A stretch of 64,000 nt of DNA, taken from Bugula neritina. Taxonomy: Eukaryota > Animalia > Bryozoa. Both the position numbers and the translations under genes were made by a program. The notes beneath the pieces are model-generated. The model did not search any database and had not been told where the DNA came from. It was given only the letters and a program-made list of their open reading frames with translations. Where the stretch lies: positions 1,550,001 to 1,614,000 of the forward strand of contig OZ037772.1 of NCBI GenBank assembly GCA_964035545.1, given 5' to 3'. Position 1 is the stretch's first letter; every line of letters begins with the position of its first letter. Below are positions 59,139 through 64,000 of the stretch, one piece after another.

Positions 59139-62100
59139 ACTCATATCTAACAACAGTTTTATTTGTCTGATTTGTAAGACTGTCCCTGATTAGATAATTA
59201 GTGGCCAATCAGAGAATGCAATCATTGTTTGGTTGGCTGAGACCAGCAGTCTGATTTTTATATAACCTAATTTTTATATGAAAGATTTGATTACTCTAAA
59301 TAAATTTATCCTAGACTTCTGAGGCACTGATGGTGATTTTTGTACACATAAATTTGAAGAAGTTTAGCTATAGGGTTTATGCTGTTTTTAATTATTCCAC
59401 CATAACCTGAGATTGTAAGTAGTAATTCTAGAATGAGATAGGGAGGGTGTAAAGCCCCTCCCTGTGACTTTATATATTTAGAAACTGTTGTTTGTTTAGC
59501 AATTCTGTTGGTGCGTTTAGCAGACACTAGTTAGACATTCCAGCGTAGCATTACACAAATAATGTGAGCTTCATAGAAAAATCACTCAGCCATACACAAC
59601 GGCCTGGTGAGGTTAGCTTGCACTACGTGAAACAATATTGTAGTCGATAAAATGAATAAATAAGTTTATTATTATATCCAAAATATATATATATATATAT
59701 ATATGTCCAAGTTTTTCATAAAATTGAGTTATTAACCAAATGGTATTTTTGCATTATTTTCCATAATAAATACATCTCATGTTATAAAGTATAAGTATAC
59801 GTGTCATGCTCATATCAAATCACAAACAAGGCGTTCTAATGAAGAAAACTCTCAGTTTATAAGAATGAGAGATGTTTTTCTTTTACACAAATTTACCACT
59901 TGTTATACTTGGAATATTTGAAGCTGTTTTAATAGACACAAACAGTAGTTACAGTATGCTTTTTACTCTCTCCCTCTATTGGTAGTTTTTGCTCTTAAAT
60001 CTTCATCTGAGCTGAACTGTTTACAGTTTTACAGATTAACAAATAGGCTTGGCAATTTTCTATCTATAGTCTTGGCAGCATCAGAACACGCCAAGACTAT
60101 ACATTCTACAAATCAACACCCAGTTGCTTTACAACTCTCAATACAAAGTGGATTATATAAAAGCTGCAAACAGTAGATTAATGAAGAAAAAAGTGCTACA
60201 GTAGCTTTTTTGTCGAAGTTTTTAGTAAAATAGTTTTGAGAAAAGCTTTTGGCAATAGCTTTCTAACTGTTGGCTTTTTTGTTAAGTTGTCATCCTGCAT
60301 ATACGCAGCTGCACCATTCATTCAGCATTCCCACAGCCGTGGTAACAATTGTTATGCACCTTCTAATGAAAGGAAAACTAATAGAGAAATGAGTACAGCC
60401 AGCCGCTCTCTCAGTTCTTGAGCTGCACTAACTTTTAACACATTCTTCTCGAGTTTTTACCAAAAGTTTAGCGTTTCACTATTCTTCACTCATTTGTTAC
60501 ATTAAGATGGTGATAAACTATACAAGTTACAGTGCGACAGATCTTTCTTCAGAGGATCAAAGAAGAGAACTATCACTCTGTATATGACATCTGATAACTA
60601 ATATTGGTATGTATATCTTCAGATATAAATAATAATATACTCAATATTTATATGTCAGTTTGAAGAAAACCTATATAATTATGTTTTAGCAATTTATAGT
60701 AGTGTTAAGACTCCAATTTGCTAACACATAACTACACCTAAAAATTGTCTAATTTTTATGCAAGCTGCTTTCTTCTGTGCGTAGTAGGCAATTATGGGGC
60801 AGATAAAGTATACACAGAATATATATATATATATAGCTTTTACTAATTTCACTGTGGCATATATCTGCATTATAATAAATAGCAATTCATTATACACTAC
60901 TAAATGAATTGGTGCAGAACCTAAAGCACTTTTTTAGTCGTTTATGCAAAATTGTTCTTTCAGTCCAATATATGAAAGTTATAAAGCATGCACTAACTGA
61001 AAGCCAATTCGTTTTCAATAAAGTATATCATAGACCTGCATACTTTGTTCAGGAAAGAAGAGAGAGCCACAAAGGAAGAGCTCCGCCTACCATGTCCAAT
61101 GAAAACAGACCTGTCATACTAAGTAGCTACAGACCCGCTATACCAGATAAAAACAAACCTGCCACATTGCACAAAACTGAACCTGCAGTACTGAGCAAAG
61201 AGCAACCAATCAAATATTCCAAGCAAAGAGAAAACAATTCAGCATTGTTGGAAAACCTCCCCAGGGGGATCAGCAAACTCCGACAGCTGGTCAAAGTTTT
61301 AGCTACAGAAAAAAAAGAGTTGCCGAGTATTGTAATTATTCAGTGAGGAAAACCGCATGCTTACCTTGTTCTGGTAACCACTACACAACTGTGAAGAGAA
61401 AGGGCTGGAAAGCTACACAACTTTGAGAGATTTCTCATACAGACAGCTGTTCTATAAGAAGTGTTACATAAGAGTTGTGACTATTGACTATTATATACAG
61501 GGCTGTAAGAATGTGGACACAGTTTTAGGATTTATTATTTTAGGAATCCAATACTTTAGTTATGTTATGATAGCATTAATTTAGCAGAAGCATTGGTGGA
61601 ATTTGACATAATGCTTAATTACTACTCAAAGCAGAATAGTTTGGTATTTTTTTAAAAAGAACCTAATATTATATTTGTATTTTCTTATAAATAAACGTTT
61701 ATTATACATGCCGGTCATAAAAGTCAATTCATTATATGGTTTACAAAATTACATCTGTAAATAAACATGTGCATGCTGCAGCTGAAGAATAAAAATAAAA
61801 TGAAAAGGAAACAAAACGTATTCAACTGGATGAGTCATCAGATGACATTGCTGTATAAAATGACGAATTAGGAAAGAGAAAGCCTGTCGAAACAAAGCAA
61901 CACTGAACTACAATATGGCTAACAAATACTAGGTCAAGAGAAATAATATCATATTCAGTAAATAAAATACCAAGAAGTGTAAAATGTCAATATAAGTACA
62001 CATAGAAAAAATATGTGATATACAGAATAAAAACTAACAGTTTAATATTGATAAAGCTTTTCATTTTCACACAAACATCTTTACAAGGCATTATTGTATA

Positions 62101-62149
62101 TATAACTATTTGTATTAGAAGAGAGAAACAATATAATTTAGTATGCTCA

Positions 62150-63597
62150 CATGGAACTATAGAAGGAAATGTCAGCTAGAAGAGGAAGGAAATGGAGGTC
62201 AAGGCCAGCAACACAATGTCAAGGTCAACTGGAAAAAAAAGTAGTTTTAGGTCACGACTTGTCATTCTCAAATATGGCGGCTAGTTTGAGCACACTTTTG
62301 GACTAGAAGAGGAAGGAGGCGAAGAGACCACAGAGCTCTCTGGGGAGGGAGGTAAAACACGCTTCAGCTACAAAGCAAGAGTTGAAAAGAGAACGAATTG
62401 GAAAACGTTGAAATTTTACTCAATTCGATCAAAAATGAACAGATATTATTAAAAAAATTCTACAGATTTTAACGCTGATAAGCCAGGACAACTATAGCTT
62501 ATTATAATTATATTATCACCTCCATTATATAATAATCATATTACATAATATATTATATTGTTTATATGCCATATTATCATTATATTATATTATAATCATA
62601 CTATATTATAAATATGGTATATTGTTATATTATACTATCAATGTACATGACTTGCACCAAGTAGATGCCAAACGTTACCTTTTCTGTGTTGGCAACTTGG
62701 GGCACAACTCTTTTGGGTCGGACGTCTAAAATAGATGGGGAAGAGATGATTCACCGCCCCTAGCAGAGGCGTGACTTCAGGAGAAAAATCCGAGACTAAG
62801 TTACGACAACTTCTTCTCATGGTGTTGGCGGCTTTGAGAAAGATAGCTCTGTCGTACTTCTTGCCTGAAGACAGGAAACGATCATTGTACTTCCATAAAG
62901 GAAACGTACATGAACTGTATCAGAAGCTCAAACTAACGTCTGTTAATAGTAATGGAAGATATAACAATCTTAATGAGAATTAAAGGCTCTATTAATAGTA
63001 ATCATTAGATATCTGAATTTGAATTGTGGGAGGCTAACGCACTCACCCTGAGTAAACATCAGTTTGAACAGAGCACTGAGGTTATCTCCAATACTGTTGA
63101 GACTAGCTATAGCCTGGGAGCACATATCATATTGCAGCCACGGGTCTACCTTAGTGAATTTCATACCTTGCAACTGTAAAAAGACGACAGAGCGAATAAA
63201 AATGAATAACTGAACAGAGAATACATTCAATAACAGGTGGTTGTCAGGTGGGTGATATTCACTACTGCTTCCCTCTGATCGCGTGATGTAACAGTCAAAT
63301 ATGACATCACATGTCGACTCACTCTGCACTGGCTGTGACAAGCAGTGCTCCATACTCAGACCACCCACAGTCCAAGCACCTGGAGCACTGCCCACACATG
63401 GCAACAAGTGACAAGACAAAGTGCTGGGGATAACTAGCAATACAAAGATAATGAACGATCAGAGTATGAAGTTGGTACTCACCAGTTTGAAGGTGTTCTC
63501 AATATCATCTCTATAACTGGTTAGAAAGGATTGCACTTGGTTGAGTACTCTGTTAACAGCACCATAAATATCCTTTTTTGCATAGCAGTTGCCGGCA
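62150..63597 (-). pseudogene. Exons of an unidentified Cys-containing gene (~63597-63484, ~63436-63323, ~63174-63047, ~62940-62679, ~62367-62150), with in-frame stops
   Basis: AG/GT-bounded GC-richer blocks (GAGNCYAKKDIYGAV...; YPQHFVLSLVAMCGQCSRCLDCGWSEYG; FPLWKYNDRFL...), TGA at ~62920; family not recognised. Confidence 0.4.
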
Positions 63598-64000
63598 CCT
63601 GCACAACATGAAATAACTACCACCTGCTATCCGTTGACATATGTGAGACCAGTTGCTAGTGACATCAAATGACAGGTACTTGGTTAGCAATTTTATACAA
63701 AGATGAGAGTTCTACTGTCACTTGATCAAAGGTTCTGACACTCTTCGCCTAGTGTGACTCATAAATTATATATGACTTAGGCTAGCAGGTGAGCATGAGC
63801 TCATTTTATAAGCTATGTAGCTCAAAACTATGCAAGCATCCTACCATAAAATGTCAACCATTGGAGAATCTTCTGGCTCTATAAGTTTGTATAATGAGGA
63901 TATATTTAATACGATGTTACGTGATTATATGGAGTTAACATCACAATACAAAATAGTGATAGTTTTGAGCAACAAGTCTTATATTATTATATGAACTTAT

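Noticed and set aside
59950-61346. Possible transposase relic (LACSDAAKTI on the plus strand) and the 145-aa ORF at 60909-61346
   Set aside because: Only one short motif, and a low-complexity ORF lacking supporting structure

Overview
AT-rich, intron-containing animal (invertebrate-like) genomic DNA, dense in repeats and decayed gene copies. In order: (1) the apparently intact 3' part of a coiled-coil + beta-propeller (TRIM/NHL-like) gene (+, 9-2996), with an inverted orphan copy of its last exon (5571-5704); (2) a 3'-truncated, spliced valyl-tRNA synthetase pseudogene (-, ~7600-16215); (3) MITEs, a LINE tail, a hAT-Charlie-type element and a tandem dimer of a foldback element (17-25 kb); (4) two copies of a Cys-rich-exon + fibrillar-collagen (COLFI) segment (26956-33964 and 47728-59369), both pseudogenised and carrying complementary deletions; (5) an alpha-tubulin acetyltransferase (ATAT1/MEC-17) pseudogene followed directly by exons encoding a PACT-like centrosome-targeting domain (-, 34916-40494); (6) a Copia LTR element at the duplication breakpoint (43361-47727, no TSD); (7) a very young Gypsy-type LTR element (47788-52676; LTRs identical by eye, CGTG TSD, tRNA-Leu PBS). 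This last element has lost protease, RT, RNase H and the integrase core, yet keeps gag and an intact extra ORF (two zinc fingers + coiled coil + basic tail) at the env position, and is the most striking candidate for an undescribed system. All homology calls come from motif recognition by eye; no database searches were run.
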